A stretch of DNA of 40,227 nucleotides. Source: Acidimicrobiia bacterium (GTDB taxonomy: Bacteria; Actinomycetota; Acidimicrobiia; Spongiisociales; Spongiisociaceae). The notes under the pieces are model-generated. The model had not been told where the DNA came from. It saw only the letters and a program-made list of their open reading frames with translations, and made no database searches. Below are positions 1-9,343 of this stretch, piece after piece; the stretch's first letter is position 1, and each line of letters starts with the position of its first letter. Made by a program: the position numbers and the translations under genes. The stretch spans positions 1 through 40,227 of the forward strand of contig JBFGLM010000042.1 in assembly GCA_041576165.1 (NCBI GenBank), given 5' to 3'.

Positions 1-22
1 ACCCAACCTGGGAGATGCTTTC

Positions 23-511
23 GTGCAATTGGACAGCAACGATTTCGCGGACGGAGACTACCTGGCCGCGGCCCACATCCTCTCGGACGACTACGGCTTC
101 GGATGTGCCGGCGGCAATCAGTCGCCGCATCTGGCGTGGTCCGGTGCTCCGGAGGGAACGGAAAGCTTCGCCCTCACCTGCTACGAACCGGATGCGCCTA
201 CCGGCTCCGGCTTCTGGCATTGGGTCGTCGTGAACCTACCCGCCGACGTGACAAACCTGCCCACCGGAGCCGGCAGTACCGGCGGTGTGATGCCTGCGGG
301 CGCGCTGCAAACCCGCACCGACTTCGGCGCGCCCGGGTACGGCGGGCCGTGTCCGCCCGAAGGCGACCATCCACATCGATACATCTTCACGGTGCACGCC
401 GTCGACAAGACGCTCGCGGTAGAGTCCGACACCTCGGCAGCCGTCGTCGGGTTCAACCTGCATTTCTCGACTCTGGCCCGGGCAACTCTCATGGGTCTCT
501 ACAAGCGCTGA
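23..511 (+). CDS. YbhB/YbcL family (PEBP/Raf kinase inhibitor-like) protein
   Basis: Motifs GGNQSPHLAWSG, EPDAPTGSGFWHW and YGGPCPPEGDHPHRYIFTVHA. GTG start with GGGAG upstream. Confidence 0.92.
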   Translation: MQLDSNDFADGDYLAAAHILSDDYGFGCAGGNQSPHLAWSGAPEGTESFALTCYEPDAPTGSGFWHWVVVNLPADVTNLPTGAGSTGGVMPAGALQTRTDFGAPGYGGPCPPEGDHPHRYIFTVHAVDKTLAVESDTSAAVVGFNLHFSTLARATLMGLYKR

Positions 512-518
512 AGCGCCG

Positions 519-1682
519 ATGGACTTCACCCTGAGTCCCGAGCACCGCCTGTTCCGGGACACGATTCGTGAGTTCGTTGGCAGCGAGATCCGGCCCGTTG
601 CCCGCGATTACGAGCTCAACGACATCTACCCGTCCGAGATCGTGGAGAAGATGAAGGAGCTCGGTCTCTTCGGCATCACCGTGCCGCAGGAATACGGCGG
701 CACGGAGGCCGACACGCTCTCGCTCGCGATAGCTTTCGAGGAGCTTTCCCGCGGCTGGATGGGCATCGCCGGGATCATTGGAACCCACTCGCTCGCCTGT
801 GCGATGATCGCCCGCCACGGAACCGCACACCAGAAGGCGACGCTTCTGCCCGACCTCGCGAGTGGCGCGCGACGCACGGCGATCGGGCTGACCGAACCCG
901 ACGCCGGTAGCGACCTCCAGGGCATCAAAACCAGGGCGTGGCGCGACGGTGATACCTATGTCGTGCGCGGGACGAAGTTGTGGATCACGAATGCTCGCTA
1001 TGCCAATCCGCTCCCTGTGCTGGTCAAAACCGATCCCGACGCCGAACCGGCCCACCGGGGAATGAGCGTCTTGTTGGTCGACCCGCAACTTCCCGGGTTT
1101 TCGGTGTCGCGCGACCTGCTGAAGCTTGGCTACAAGGGACCGGAGTCTTGCGAGGTCGTGCTCGACGATGTGCGGGTGCCGGTCGATGCGCTGCTCGGCG
1201 GGGTGGAGGGTCGTGGTCTCCAGCAGGTTCTGAGCGGGCTCGAGATCGGACGTATCAACGTTGCCGCCCGGGCAGTGGGAGTTGCCCAGGAGGCCTATGA
1301 CCAAGCGCTGCGCTACGCCCGGCAGCGGGAGGCGTTCGGCAAACCAATCGGCGGCTTCCAGACCATCCAGAACAAGCTGGCCGAGATGGCCATCGCCGTA
1401 CAAACCGCCCGCCTGCTCACCTGGTGGGCGGCCACCGAAGTTGATCGGGGCGGCCGGGCCGACATCCAGGCGGGTATGGCGAAATACCATGCGTCCGAGG
1501 TAGCGCTGGACAACGCGCTCGAGGCGATGCGCATCCACGGCGGGATTGGGTACTCCCAAGAGCTGGAGGTCGAGCGGCTGTACCGGGACGCCCCGCTGAT
1601 GGCGATCGGCGAGGGAACCAACGAGCTACAGCGACTGATCATCGCCAGGGGTCTGCTGGCGGGCCAGTTGGTCATTGATTGA
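519..1682 (+). CDS. Acyl-CoA dehydrogenase
   Basis: LTEPDAGSD, GTKLWITN, REAFGKPIGGFQ, IHGGIGYSQE and IGEGTNELQR motifs. Confidence 0.95.
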   Translation: MDFTLSPEHRLFRDTIREFVGSEIRPVARDYELNDIYPSEIVEKMKELGLFGITVPQEYGGTEADTLSLAIAFEELSRGWMGIAGIIGTHSLACAMIARHGTAHQKATLLPDLASGARRTAIGLTEPDAGSDLQGIKTRAWRDGDTYVVRGTKLWITNARYANPLPVLVKTDPDAEPAHRGMSVLLVDPQLPGFSVSRDLLKLGYKGPESCEVVLDDVRVPVDALLGGVEGRGLQQVLSGLEIGRINVAARAVGVAQEAYDQALRYARQREAFGKPIGGFQTIQNKLAEMAIAVQTARLLTWWAATEVDRGGRADIQAGMAKYHASEVALDNALEAMRIHGGIGYSQELEVERLYRDAPLMAIGEGTNELQRLIIARGLLAGQLVID

Positions 1683-1712
1683 GCGGGACGCCGGGCTCGC
1701 GACCCCGGCTGA

Positions 1713-1718
1713 TAGCGT
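1713..1718 (+). promoter_or_regulatory. Putative -10 element of a leaderless transcript
   Basis: TAGCGT lies 6 nt before ATG 1725. No SD is present. Confidence 0.55.
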
Positions 1719-1724
1719 GACGAC

Positions 1725-2585
1725 ATGGCCGCACGATCGTTTCTCTTCGTTCCCGGGGATCGCCCGGACATGCTGGCGAAAGCCGCGGCGCGGGGCGCCG
1801 ACGCGTTGATACTGGACATGGAGGACGCCGTTGCCCCATCGGCCAAGCTCGACGCGAGGGCGACAATCCGGAGCCAACTCGACAGGTTCGAGCCCGAGGG
1901 GCCCGAGATCTGGATTCGGGTCAACAACCAGCCCGAGTTGATGGACGAAGACCTCGCTGTGGCGGCAAACCCGATAGTGGCGGGCGTTTTCCTCCCGAAA
2001 GTGAACCGGGCCGATGAGGTGGAGAGATCGTTGACCGTGCTCGCGGCCCGGCCGGACATCCAGATCGATGCCATGATCGAAACGGGTCGCGGCCTGCTGA
2101 ACGCAGCGTCGATCGCTGCTGCGCCCCACGTCCGTCACATCACTCTCGGCCTGGCAGACATGGGGGCCGATCTCAATGTTGCGGCGGATCCCGATGACAC
2201 GGTTTGGGGCCCCGTGCGGATGCAAGTGGTGGTGGCCTCTGCCGCAGCCGAGATCGACCCCCCGGTCGCGCCGGTGAGCCCAAATCTGACAGACCTCGAC
2301 GGCTACCGGCGAGGGTGCGAGTCGTGGGCCGCCGATGGCTTCGGGGGCCGCCAGGTGATACATCCCGCGCAAGTTCCGATCGTCAACGAGACCTTCAGCC
2401 CTTCCCCGGATGAAGTCGCCGAGGCCCGCCGGCTGCTGGACCGGTTCAACACGGCGCTCGCCCAGGGTCGAGGTGCGATCCGGGATGAAGATGGCACCAT
2501 GATCGACGAGGCGTTTGTGCGCCGGGCACGGCGAATAGTGGACATCGCCGACCGTGATGAGACGGGCCCTAGCCGAGCTCCATGA
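1725..2585 (+). CDS. CoA ester lyase (CitE / HpcH-HpaI aldolase-citrate lyase family)
   Basis: RSFLFVPGDRPDM, GADALILDMEDAV, MIETGRG and IHPAQV motifs. Confidence 0.92.
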   Translation: MAARSFLFVPGDRPDMLAKAAARGADALILDMEDAVAPSAKLDARATIRSQLDRFEPEGPEIWIRVNNQPELMDEDLAVAANPIVAGVFLPKVNRADEVERSLTVLAARPDIQIDAMIETGRGLLNAASIAAAPHVRHITLGLADMGADLNVAADPDDTVWGPVRMQVVVASAAAEIDPPVAPVSPNLTDLDGYRRGCESWAADGFGGRQVIHPAQVPIVNETFSPSPDEVAEARRLLDRFNTALAQGRGAIRDEDGTMIDEAFVRRARRIVDIADRDETGPSRAP

Positions 2586-2919
2586 TCGGTCGGATCTCGG
2601 TGGAGCCGTACCGCGTGCTGGGAAGCTTTTCCGCCCAGGCCGCCGCCTCGTTGATGTCCGCCACATCAATCATGTAGAAACCGCCGAGTACTTCCTTGGT
2701 CTCGGCGAACGGGCCATCCGTGCGGGATACCTCTCCATCACGAGAGCGCACGGTGACTGCGGTCTCGGTTCCGTGGAGCGGCTCGCCTCCCAACAGAACT
2801 CCAGCCTCCTGCAGCTCCTGTGTGTACGCGTACCACTCGGCCATCTCGGCTTCTGCCTCAGGTGAACCGGGCTCGGGACCGGCGCCGGGCGCCGAATAGA
2901 TGAGCAGCAAGTACCGCAT
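2569..2919 (-). CDS. YciI/DGPF-domain protein
   Basis: TDGPFAETKEVLGGFYMI and EIRP motifs. AAGGAG SD upstream. Confidence 0.93.
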   Translation of the reverse strand: MRYLLLIYSAPGAGPEPGSPEAEAEMAEWYAYTQELQEAGVLLGGEPLHGTETAVTVRSRDGEVSRTDGPFAETKEVLGGFYMIDVADINEAAAWAEKLPSTRYGSTEIRPIMELG

Positions 2920-2957
2920 AGGCGACTCCTTCTTGGACTGTCCGTCGTCACCCTACC

Positions 2958-2984
2958 GACGTCACAGGCGACCCTCGATCGACA
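2958..2984 (-). promoter_or_regulatory. Putative ECF42-type sigma promoter
   Basis: Minus strand reads TGTCGA-N17-CGTC upstream of the DGPF gene. This resembles the -35/-10 described for ECF42 factors, whose targets are DGPF genes. Confidence 0.55.
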
Positions 2985-3061
2985 AGATTCAACCGGGCGC
3001 CGACGACACCTCGAACGCACGGGTGCGATAGGGTCGCGCCGAAGAGAGCGCCTGGAAACGA

Positions 3062-4192
3062 ATGTCACCCAAACCACAAATAGTCGTCATCGGCGGCGGG
3101 ATAGCCGGAATCAGTGCTGCCGCCTACATGAGCCTTCGGGCCCAGGTCACAGTCGTGGACATGGAGTCGACCCTCACCTACCACACGACCGGCCGGTCCG
3201 CTGCTGTGTACTTCCGGAGTTACGGATCGGCCCAAACCCTGGCGCTGACGGCGGCCAGCGAACACTTCTTCGCCTCGGAGGGCGAAGGGCACGCAGACGG
3301 CCCGCTGATGTCGGAACGGGGACTGGTGATCGTTGCCAGGGAGGATCAACTGTCCGGCTTGAAGCAGTGGTGGGGGGGTGCAGAGGACAGCGGTCCCGAT
3401 GTCCTGTGGCTGGACGGGCCGGGGGTGGAGCGGGCAGTGCCCACGGTGCGACCCGGGTACGCGGCCGGCGGCGTGTTCGAACCCTCCGCTCGGGACCTCG
3501 ACGTGGCAGCCATCCATCAGACGTTCGTCCGTCTTCTCCGTTCGCGCCACGGCGAGATCCTCACCGCACATCCGGTCAGTGCGATCGTACCGTCCGACCA
3601 CGGATGGCTGGTCGAGGCCGGCGACCGGCACCTGACCGCCGACGTCGTCGTCAATGCGGCCGGAGCGTGGGGAGACGTGATCGCCGGCCTGGCGGGAGTA
3701 CAGCCGGTCGGGCTCACTCCCCTGCGCCGCACGGCGTTCATGGTCGCCGGCGCACATCACTTTGCCGGGATCCCCATGCTCGTCGACGCCGACGAGGAGT
3801 GGTACGCCAAACCGGATGGTGCGCAGTTCCTCTGCTCACCTGGTGATGAAACTCCCTCGCCGCCGTGCGACGCCCGACCGGAGGAGACGGACATCGCGCT
3901 GGCGATCGAGCGGATCAACCGGGCCACGACGCTGAACATCCGTTCGGTACGCTCCCAGTGGGCGGGATTGCGCACGTTCGCACCGGATCGCGTTCCCGTA
4001 ACCGGCTTCGACCCTGACCACGAGGGCTTCTTCTGGCTGGTCGGCCAGGGCGGCAGCGGCATTCAAACCGCACCGGCGGCCGGGAGGTTCGCCGCCGCCA
4101 TGGCCCTTGACCGCCAGCCGCCCCCCGATCTGATCGACTGGGGTCTGGACGTTACGAGCTTCGACCCGGCCAGGTTCCGTCAGACGGCGTGA
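3062..4192 (+). CDS. FAD-dependent oxidoreductase, DadA/DAO family (D-arginine dehydrogenase DauA-like)
   Basis: VIGGGIAG Rossmann motif, TTGRSAA, VNAAGAW, WAGLRTFAPDR and GQGGSGIQTAPA. Confidence 0.9.
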   Translation: MSPKPQIVVIGGGIAGISAAAYMSLRAQVTVVDMESTLTYHTTGRSAAVYFRSYGSAQTLALTAASEHFFASEGEGHADGPLMSERGLVIVAREDQLSGLKQWWGGAEDSGPDVLWLDGPGVERAVPTVRPGYAAGGVFEPSARDLDVAAIHQTFVRLLRSRHGEILTAHPVSAIVPSDHGWLVEAGDRHLTADVVVNAAGAWGDVIAGLAGVQPVGLTPLRRTAFMVAGAHHFAGIPMLVDADEEWYAKPDGAQFLCSPGDETPSPPCDARPEETDIALAIERINRATTLNIRSVRSQWAGLRTFAPDRVPVTGFDPDHEGFFWLVGQGGSGIQTAPAAGRFAAAMALDRQPPPDLIDWGLDVTSFDPARFRQTA

Positions 4193-5550
4193 CGCACATC
4201 TGGAGCGGCCATCAGCGGCGGGATATCCAGCTTCCACAGCTCGTCCGCCAGGCGAGCAGCCGCAATGGCCTGGGGGGCAACGGAGGGACCTGCCGGGTGG
4301 TGTGCGGCAAGCTTCAACTGCACCAAACATCCTTGGGACGCCGGACCGACCCGCAGCAGAGCCGGTTCTGGCGCGTCGGTCACCCGGGCGCCATCGTCGA
4401 CAAATTCGATACCGACCTGCTGCTGCTCGTCCACCGGCGTCGGTAGCGGCAGGATCATGCCTCCCGCTCGGGTCTGGTCGGCCGCGGTCACGACAACGTC
4501 CTCCAACCACACGGCATCGAGATCGATTAGGCCATCCGTCAACGCACGCGTCACGGCCTCGAGGTCGAGCCCGTCCACCGCCCGGGCCTGCAGCAGCAGC
4601 CCGGCGCTCAGCCGCGGATTCAGCTCGGTGGGTCGGAAACCGTCCTCCGTCAACACTCCATCGATTGAGAACGGTCCTCGATAGTCGACCTGGTTGCGGA
4701 GGACGAGCCCGACCCTGCGAGCCGCTTCCCGCATTTCTTGCCGGTCTGCGTCCGGTGGATCCCAGAACGAGGCGACACTGCCGTACACGAACTGGGGCCG
4801 GTCGGTCCGGCGAAGGATCACCATCTCGATCGGCCGAAAAGCCGCCACCCCCTGGGGCGTGACGAAGCCGTGGATCGAACAAGGAACACCCTGGAGGAGT
4901 GGCATGACCCGGATCCGGTGGGCCCGGGCCCGAAACCAGGTGACGGTCTCGGCCGGATCGGACCCGGGGAGCAGCCACCGCGTGTAGTCGCCGCCGCCAT
5001 GCCACCCCTGCCGGTTGTCCGCCACCCACACGGTACCGTGTCCGGCATCGAGCCGGTCGGCTGCAGCCGGCCCGTCACCCGCCTGAACGATTTCCGCCGG
5101 GGCACGGGCCACACCGGCCGCATCCCAGAGATCATCAGCCCGCATCTTGTCTTCGAGCGCCACCCAGTCCGGCCGGCGAGCGCCTAGCACCGGGCGGCCG
5201 AAGGCTTGGTCCATGGTGGCGAACGGGGGCACGATCACCACTGCTTCTCCCCCGGGGTCGAAAGCGTCGACCGCAGCTTGCACCGAGTCGGGAGGGTGCT
5301 CGATGAGGTCGAACACCCGGCGCAGGCCCTCCATCACGGTCGCGGCGGGCTCGGCCGGTGGGAAGAACACGGTCGTGGCGTCAGGCAAGTCTCCCACCCC
5401 TGCCGTGGCGGCCACGACGAGCACGTCGGCCGCCTCCGACCGGCGCAGGTGGTCGACAGTGGGACCAAGCCCGCCGGCCGTATCGGACGTCACCACGAAC
5501 CGGCGTCCCTGCGCCAACCTACCAAGCCGGGTGTTGAGCTCGACCAGCAT
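4180..5550 (-). CDS. Hypothetical protein with probable ATP-grasp fold
   Basis: LEDK..., VMPLLQGVPCSIHG and YRGPFSIDGV...FRPTELNPR resemble ATP-grasp signatures. TAGCTT -10 lies 6 nt before the ATG. Confidence 0.7.
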   Translation of the reverse strand: MLVELNTRLGRLAQGRRFVVTSDTAGGLGPTVDHLRRSEAADVLVVAATAGVGDLPDATTVFFPPAEPAATVMEGLRRVFDLIEHPPDSVQAAVDAFDPGGEAVVIVPPFATMDQAFGRPVLGARRPDWVALEDKMRADDLWDAAGVARAPAEIVQAGDGPAAADRLDAGHGTVWVADNRQGWHGGGDYTRWLLPGSDPAETVTWFRARAHRIRVMPLLQGVPCSIHGFVTPQGVAAFRPIEMVILRRTDRPQFVYGSVASFWDPPDADRQEMREAARRVGLVLRNQVDYRGPFSIDGVLTEDGFRPTELNPRLSAGLLLQARAVDGLDLEAVTRALTDGLIDLDAVWLEDVVVTAADQTRAGGMILPLPTPVDEQQQVGIEFVDDGARVTDAPEPALLRVGPASQGCLVQLKLAAHHPAGPSVAPQAIAAARLADELWKLDIPPLMAAPDVRHAV

Positions 5551-5556
5551 GGCACC

Positions 5557-5643
5557 AAGCTACCCAGTGCCTCCGAGCCGCGGACCCCGGCGCCATTCCG
5601 ATTTGGCCGGGACGCCCGTGAAACCTGGTCGACCTCGTACCAT
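5557..5643. promoter_or_regulatory. Divergent leaderless promoters
   Basis: TAGCTT (minus, 5557-5562) lies 6 nt before ATG 5550. TACCAT (plus, 5638-5643) lies 6 nt before ATG 5650. Confidence 0.6.
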
Positions 5644-5649
5644 CACGCC

Positions 5650-6900
5650 ATGGCCCTGACGAACTACGAAGCTGAGCGCAGCCGTGATCTGGCGCGGATG
5701 AAGCGGATCGCGGGCTCGTTCCTGCTGGGGGCGTCCGTGATATTCCTGATCTCCCACACGCTGGGCCCTGACGGCGGGTTGAACGGGTTCGTGCGGGCGG
5801 CGTCAGAGGCGGCGATGATCGGTGGCATCGCCGATTGGTTCGCAGTGACCGCGCTGTTTCGGCATCCGCTGGGAATTCCGATCCCCCACACCGCGCTGAT
5901 TCCTCGGGGCAAAGACCAGCTGGGAAGAACTCTGGGTCGGTTCGTCCAGCAGAATTTCTTGAACCCGTCCACCCTCGCCGAACGATTGACGGACGCAGGT
6001 CTGGCCAAGCGGTTCGGCATGTGGCTCCTCGACGAGCGCAACAGTCAAGCGGTGGCCCGCCAGGCCTCGGTGGTCATCAGCTCGACGGTCCAGGCCATGC
6101 GCGACGACGAGCTGGCCGGATCGCTGGACGAAGCTGTCGCCGAGCGGATCCGAGCGATCCCGGCCGGGCCGACGCTGGGCCGGGTGCTCGAGATCGTGAT
6201 CGAAGGCAACCACCATCACGCTCTGGTGGATGCCGGCCTCAGTGGTCTGGACCGATCCCTCGACGCCAACCAGGAGGTGCTGCGCCGCCGGCTCGGGCAG
6301 GAGAGCCCGTGGTGGGTGCCCGAAGCGATCGACGACGTGGTGTTCGCTCGCGTGATGGAGGCGCTGCATCGTTTCTTACGTGACCTGGCGGATGATCCGG
6401 ATCACGAGCTGCGCCGTGACGTCGATGTCCGAATTCGGGGCCTGGCACGGGACCTTCAAAACTCCCCCGAGATGATCGGCCGGCTGGACGCCCTCAAAGA
6501 AGAGCTGCTCAACCATCCCGAGTTTCGCGCCTGGTCGGCAGGGCTGTGGCAGCGGATCAAGGCAGGCATCATCGAGGCCACCGAGCGGCCTGACTCCGAG
6601 CTGCGCGATCGGCTGGCCGAGGCGGTGCGCTCGGCCGGGCGATCGTTACTAGAGGACGCCCCAGTGCAACAGCGCGTCGACAAATGGATCATCTCGGTGG
6701 TGGCACAGGTGGCCGAGCAGTCCCAAGAGGAGATTGCCGCTTTCATCCATTCAACGGTGGAGCGGTGGGACGCCACCGAAACCAGCAATCGGCTGGAACT
6801 GGCGCTGGGACGCGACCTTCAGTTCGTCCGGATCAACGGAACCCTGGTGGGCGGGCTGGTGGGGGTGGTCATTCACACGATGGTCCTGCTGCTCGCATGA
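5650..6900 (+). CDS. DUF445 family membrane protein
   Basis: EAAMIGGIADWFAVTALFRHPLGIPIPHTALIP and GRDLQFVRINGTLVGG motifs. Start trimmed from the ORF track to ATG 5650. Confidence 0.92.
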   Translation: MALTNYEAERSRDLARMKRIAGSFLLGASVIFLISHTLGPDGGLNGFVRAASEAAMIGGIADWFAVTALFRHPLGIPIPHTALIPRGKDQLGRTLGRFVQQNFLNPSTLAERLTDAGLAKRFGMWLLDERNSQAVARQASVVISSTVQAMRDDELAGSLDEAVAERIRAIPAGPTLGRVLEIVIEGNHHHALVDAGLSGLDRSLDANQEVLRRRLGQESPWWVPEAIDDVVFARVMEALHRFLRDLADDPDHELRRDVDVRIRGLARDLQNSPEMIGRLDALKEELLNHPEFRAWSAGLWQRIKAGIIEATERPDSELRDRLAEAVRSAGRSLLEDAPVQQRVDKWIISVVAQVAEQSQEEIAAFIHSTVERWDATETSNRLELALGRDLQFVRINGTLVGGLVGVVIHTMVLLLA

Positions 6901-6924
6901 TTGCGGTTGCGCACCGGCCGCGGC

Positions 6925-8061
6925 TCACGGCGCAGGCAACGGCTCCGGGGCCGGGGGGCCGGTGTAGGCCGAGTCGGGTCGGATGATCCGGTTAGCGGCG
7001 ATTTGCTCTCGGATGTGGGCCGTCCATCCGATACTGCGGCTGATCGCAAAGAGCGCCGGGTACAAGACCGGTTCAATCCCCAGCGCGTACAGAACGACTC
7101 CGGCGTAGTACTCGACGTTGGTACGGATATCGCGGCCCGGCCGGTGGCGGGCCAGTGCATCCAGCAGGATCGGTTCCGTCGCCACCGCCATATCCACGAA
7201 CGGCCCGCCGATCGATCGGGCTACCCCTTTGAGCATTTCCGAGCGCGGGTCTGTGGTGGCATAGACACGGTGGCCGAAGCCCATTATCACCTCGCCCCTG
7301 GCCAGGGTTGCCTCGGCGTAGGCAGGCGCGTTATCGACGGAGCCGATCTCATTGAGCATGTCCACCACGAGGCTGGGAGCACCGCCGTGCAGCGGTCCAG
7401 ACAGGGCCCCGACTCCGGCAACGAGCGCTGCCCCCAGATCGGCTCCGGTGGACGCCACTACCCGGGCCGCGAATGTCGAGGCGTTGAACCCGTGGTCAAC
7501 CGTCAGTATCAGGTACTGCTCGAGCGCCCGGGCCCGAGCCGGGTCCGGCAGATCGCCTTCCAGCATCCACAGGAAGTTCGCGACTGCTGCCACGTCGGAC
7601 CGCGGTGTAACGACAGACAAACCCTGTCTCGCCCGCCACATCGTGGCCACGATGGTGGGCATGACCGCCGCCAACCGGTAGCCGAGGTTTTCGGCGTCGT
7701 CCCGATAGAGCCAGCTCGACATCCCGTCGGCCTGGGCTAAGAGGGATGCCCCGGTCCGGGTCCAGACGAGCGCAGGCGCGTCGGGTGAGCCCAGGCGGGC
7801 CACCACGCCCAGCGCTTCAATCACATCAGGGGCCAGCACCCGGAGTCGGCTGGTCAGTCGTGCGAACTCGCGGGACTGCTCGCGGGTGGGCAGCGAGCCG
7901 TGGTGTAACAGATACCAGACGTCCTCGAGCGTTCGCGTTCTGGCCAGGTCGACCGCCGAGTACTGGCGGTAATGAAAAAAGCCTTCATCGCCACGGACTC
8001 CACCGAGGGCCGTCTCGGCGACCACAACGCCGGCCAAACCGGCCGGGAGCGTTTGCGTCAT
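6925..8061 (-). CDS. Citrate synthase / 2-methylcitrate synthase family (actinobacterial CitA-like)
   Basis: GLAGVV, DHGFNASTFAAR, GPLHGGA, MGFGHRVY..DPR and NVEYY motifs. GAGGTG SD before ATG 8061. Confidence 0.92.
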   Translation of the reverse strand: MTQTLPAGLAGVVVAETALGGVRGDEGFFHYRQYSAVDLARTRTLEDVWYLLHHGSLPTREQSREFARLTSRLRVLAPDVIEALGVVARLGSPDAPALVWTRTGASLLAQADGMSSWLYRDDAENLGYRLAAVMPTIVATMWRARQGLSVVTPRSDVAAVANFLWMLEGDLPDPARARALEQYLILTVDHGFNASTFAARVVASTGADLGAALVAGVGALSGPLHGGAPSLVVDMLNEIGSVDNAPAYAEATLARGEVIMGFGHRVYATTDPRSEMLKGVARSIGGPFVDMAVATEPILLDALARHRPGRDIRTNVEYYAGVVLYALGIEPVLYPALFAISRSIGWTAHIREQIAANRIIRPDSAYTGPPAPEPLPAP

Positions 8062-8099
8062 GTACACCTCTTCGAGGCCATCCTGCCACGATATCGACA

Positions 8100-8131
8100 G
8101 TTGATCAATGTTGATCAATATTCGATAGTAT
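8100..8131. promoter_or_regulatory. Tandem palindromic operator candidate plus -10 element
   Basis: GTTGATCAAT occurs twice (8100-8119), each with the TTGATCAA palindrome. TAGTAT at 8126-8131 lies 6 nt before GTG 8138. Confidence 0.65.
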
Positions 8132-8137
8132 TGGCGG

Positions 8138-9328
8138 GTGGACAGATCCGACTACCTGTCATCAGCCGCCGCCGCACAGCGGCTCGGGATCAAGACAGAA
8201 ACTCTGTACGCCTATGTCAGCCGGGGTCTGATCACCCCGATACGCCGGCATGGCGGCAAGGGCAGCTGGTTCGACCCCGACGACGTGAGGCGGCTCGCAC
8301 GTCGACCCCGGGCCAGCAGCCGGCAACATGCCACGGTCATCGAATCCGCCATCACGCTCATCGACGGCGGGGAGTACTACTACCGGGGCCGCCGGGCCCT
8401 GGAAATGGCCGACGAGACCACCTTCGAGGGTGTGGCGGAATGGCTGTGGGACGCGAAGCCCGCACCATGGACGGCAGACCAAGGCTGGGCGGATGTGGCT
8501 CGCTCTGCCCTGGCGCTCGCCCGCCCCGGCGCGCCGGTACACGACCGTCTGCGGTTGGCAGCGGCGGCGATCGGGGCGGTTGACCCGGTCGGCGCCGGAG
8601 TCAGTCGCGATGCAGCAATCGCGACGGCCCGCCGGTTGATTCCGTCGATCGCCGCAGCGTGTTGCCCTGATCAGTCTCCTCCGACCGTGACGAGTGCCGC
8701 CTGGCGAGCAGTGGCGCCGTCGGCCGCCCCGCCTGCGGCGCTCCTCGACAGGGTGCTCGTGGTCGTGGCCGATCACGGCCTGGCGGCTTCCACGATCGCC
8801 GCTCGCACCGCGGCAGCGTATGGGGCCGGGATTCATGCTGTGATCGGGGCGGCACTTGGTGTGTTCAGCGGGGATCGGCATGGGGCTGCGTCCGTACGAG
8901 CGGAGCAGATGATCAGAGCGGCCGATGCCAGGGGTGCTGCGGCTGCCATCTCGGCTGAGCTGGCCGAGCGGGGCAACGTTCCCGGGCTGGGCCATCCACT
9001 GTATCCGAACGGCGACCCACGTGCTCGGTACCTGTTGGGAATGTTGCGCCAGCCCGCCCAGACGGGCGAGGTAGCCGGCGACCCGGCCGTGGTTGACACC
9101 GTTGGCGCCGTCGAGCAGCTGGTTGCGTCCAGGCGGCTCCCGCCACCGAACCTCGACTTCGCACTCGGAGCGCTCTCGGTTGCGTACGACCTGCGACCCG
9201 GCAGTGGCGAGTTCTTGTTTGCGCTCGGCCGGATGGCGGGGTGGGTCGCCCACGGATTGGAAGCGGCAGCCAGCCCGCCCTCCCGACCCCAAGCCGGCTA
9301 CACGGGCGCCCGACCCGTGGGCCGCTGA
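8138..9328 (+). CDS. HTH (MerR/excisionase-like)-citrate synthase-like fusion, probable regulator
   Basis: N-terminal LSSAAAAQRLGIKTETLYAYVSRGLI HTH. C-terminal citrate synthase motifs DHGLAAST, RHG, GLGHPLY..GDPR and PNLDFA. Confidence 0.88.
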   Translation: MDRSDYLSSAAAAQRLGIKTETLYAYVSRGLITPIRRHGGKGSWFDPDDVRRLARRPRASSRQHATVIESAITLIDGGEYYYRGRRALEMADETTFEGVAEWLWDAKPAPWTADQGWADVARSALALARPGAPVHDRLRLAAAAIGAVDPVGAGVSRDAAIATARRLIPSIAAACCPDQSPPTVTSAAWRAVAPSAAPPAALLDRVLVVVADHGLAASTIAARTAAAYGAGIHAVIGAALGVFSGDRHGAASVRAEQMIRAADARGAAAAISAELAERGNVPGLGHPLYPNGDPRARYLLGMLRQPAQTGEVAGDPAVVDTVGAVEQLVASRRLPPPNLDFALGALSVAYDLRPGSGEFLFALGRMAGWVAHGLEAAASPPSRPQAGYTGARPVGR

Positions 9329-9343
9329 GGCTCTCCTCGGCGG

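Noticed and set aside
5206-5649. N-terminal extensions in the ORF track (DUF445 here; also osmC, the 18802 ORF, truA, glmS, rplQ, rpsS and rpsC)
   Set aside because: They overlap neighbouring genes and lie upstream of starts supported by SD or -10 signals and family N-termini.
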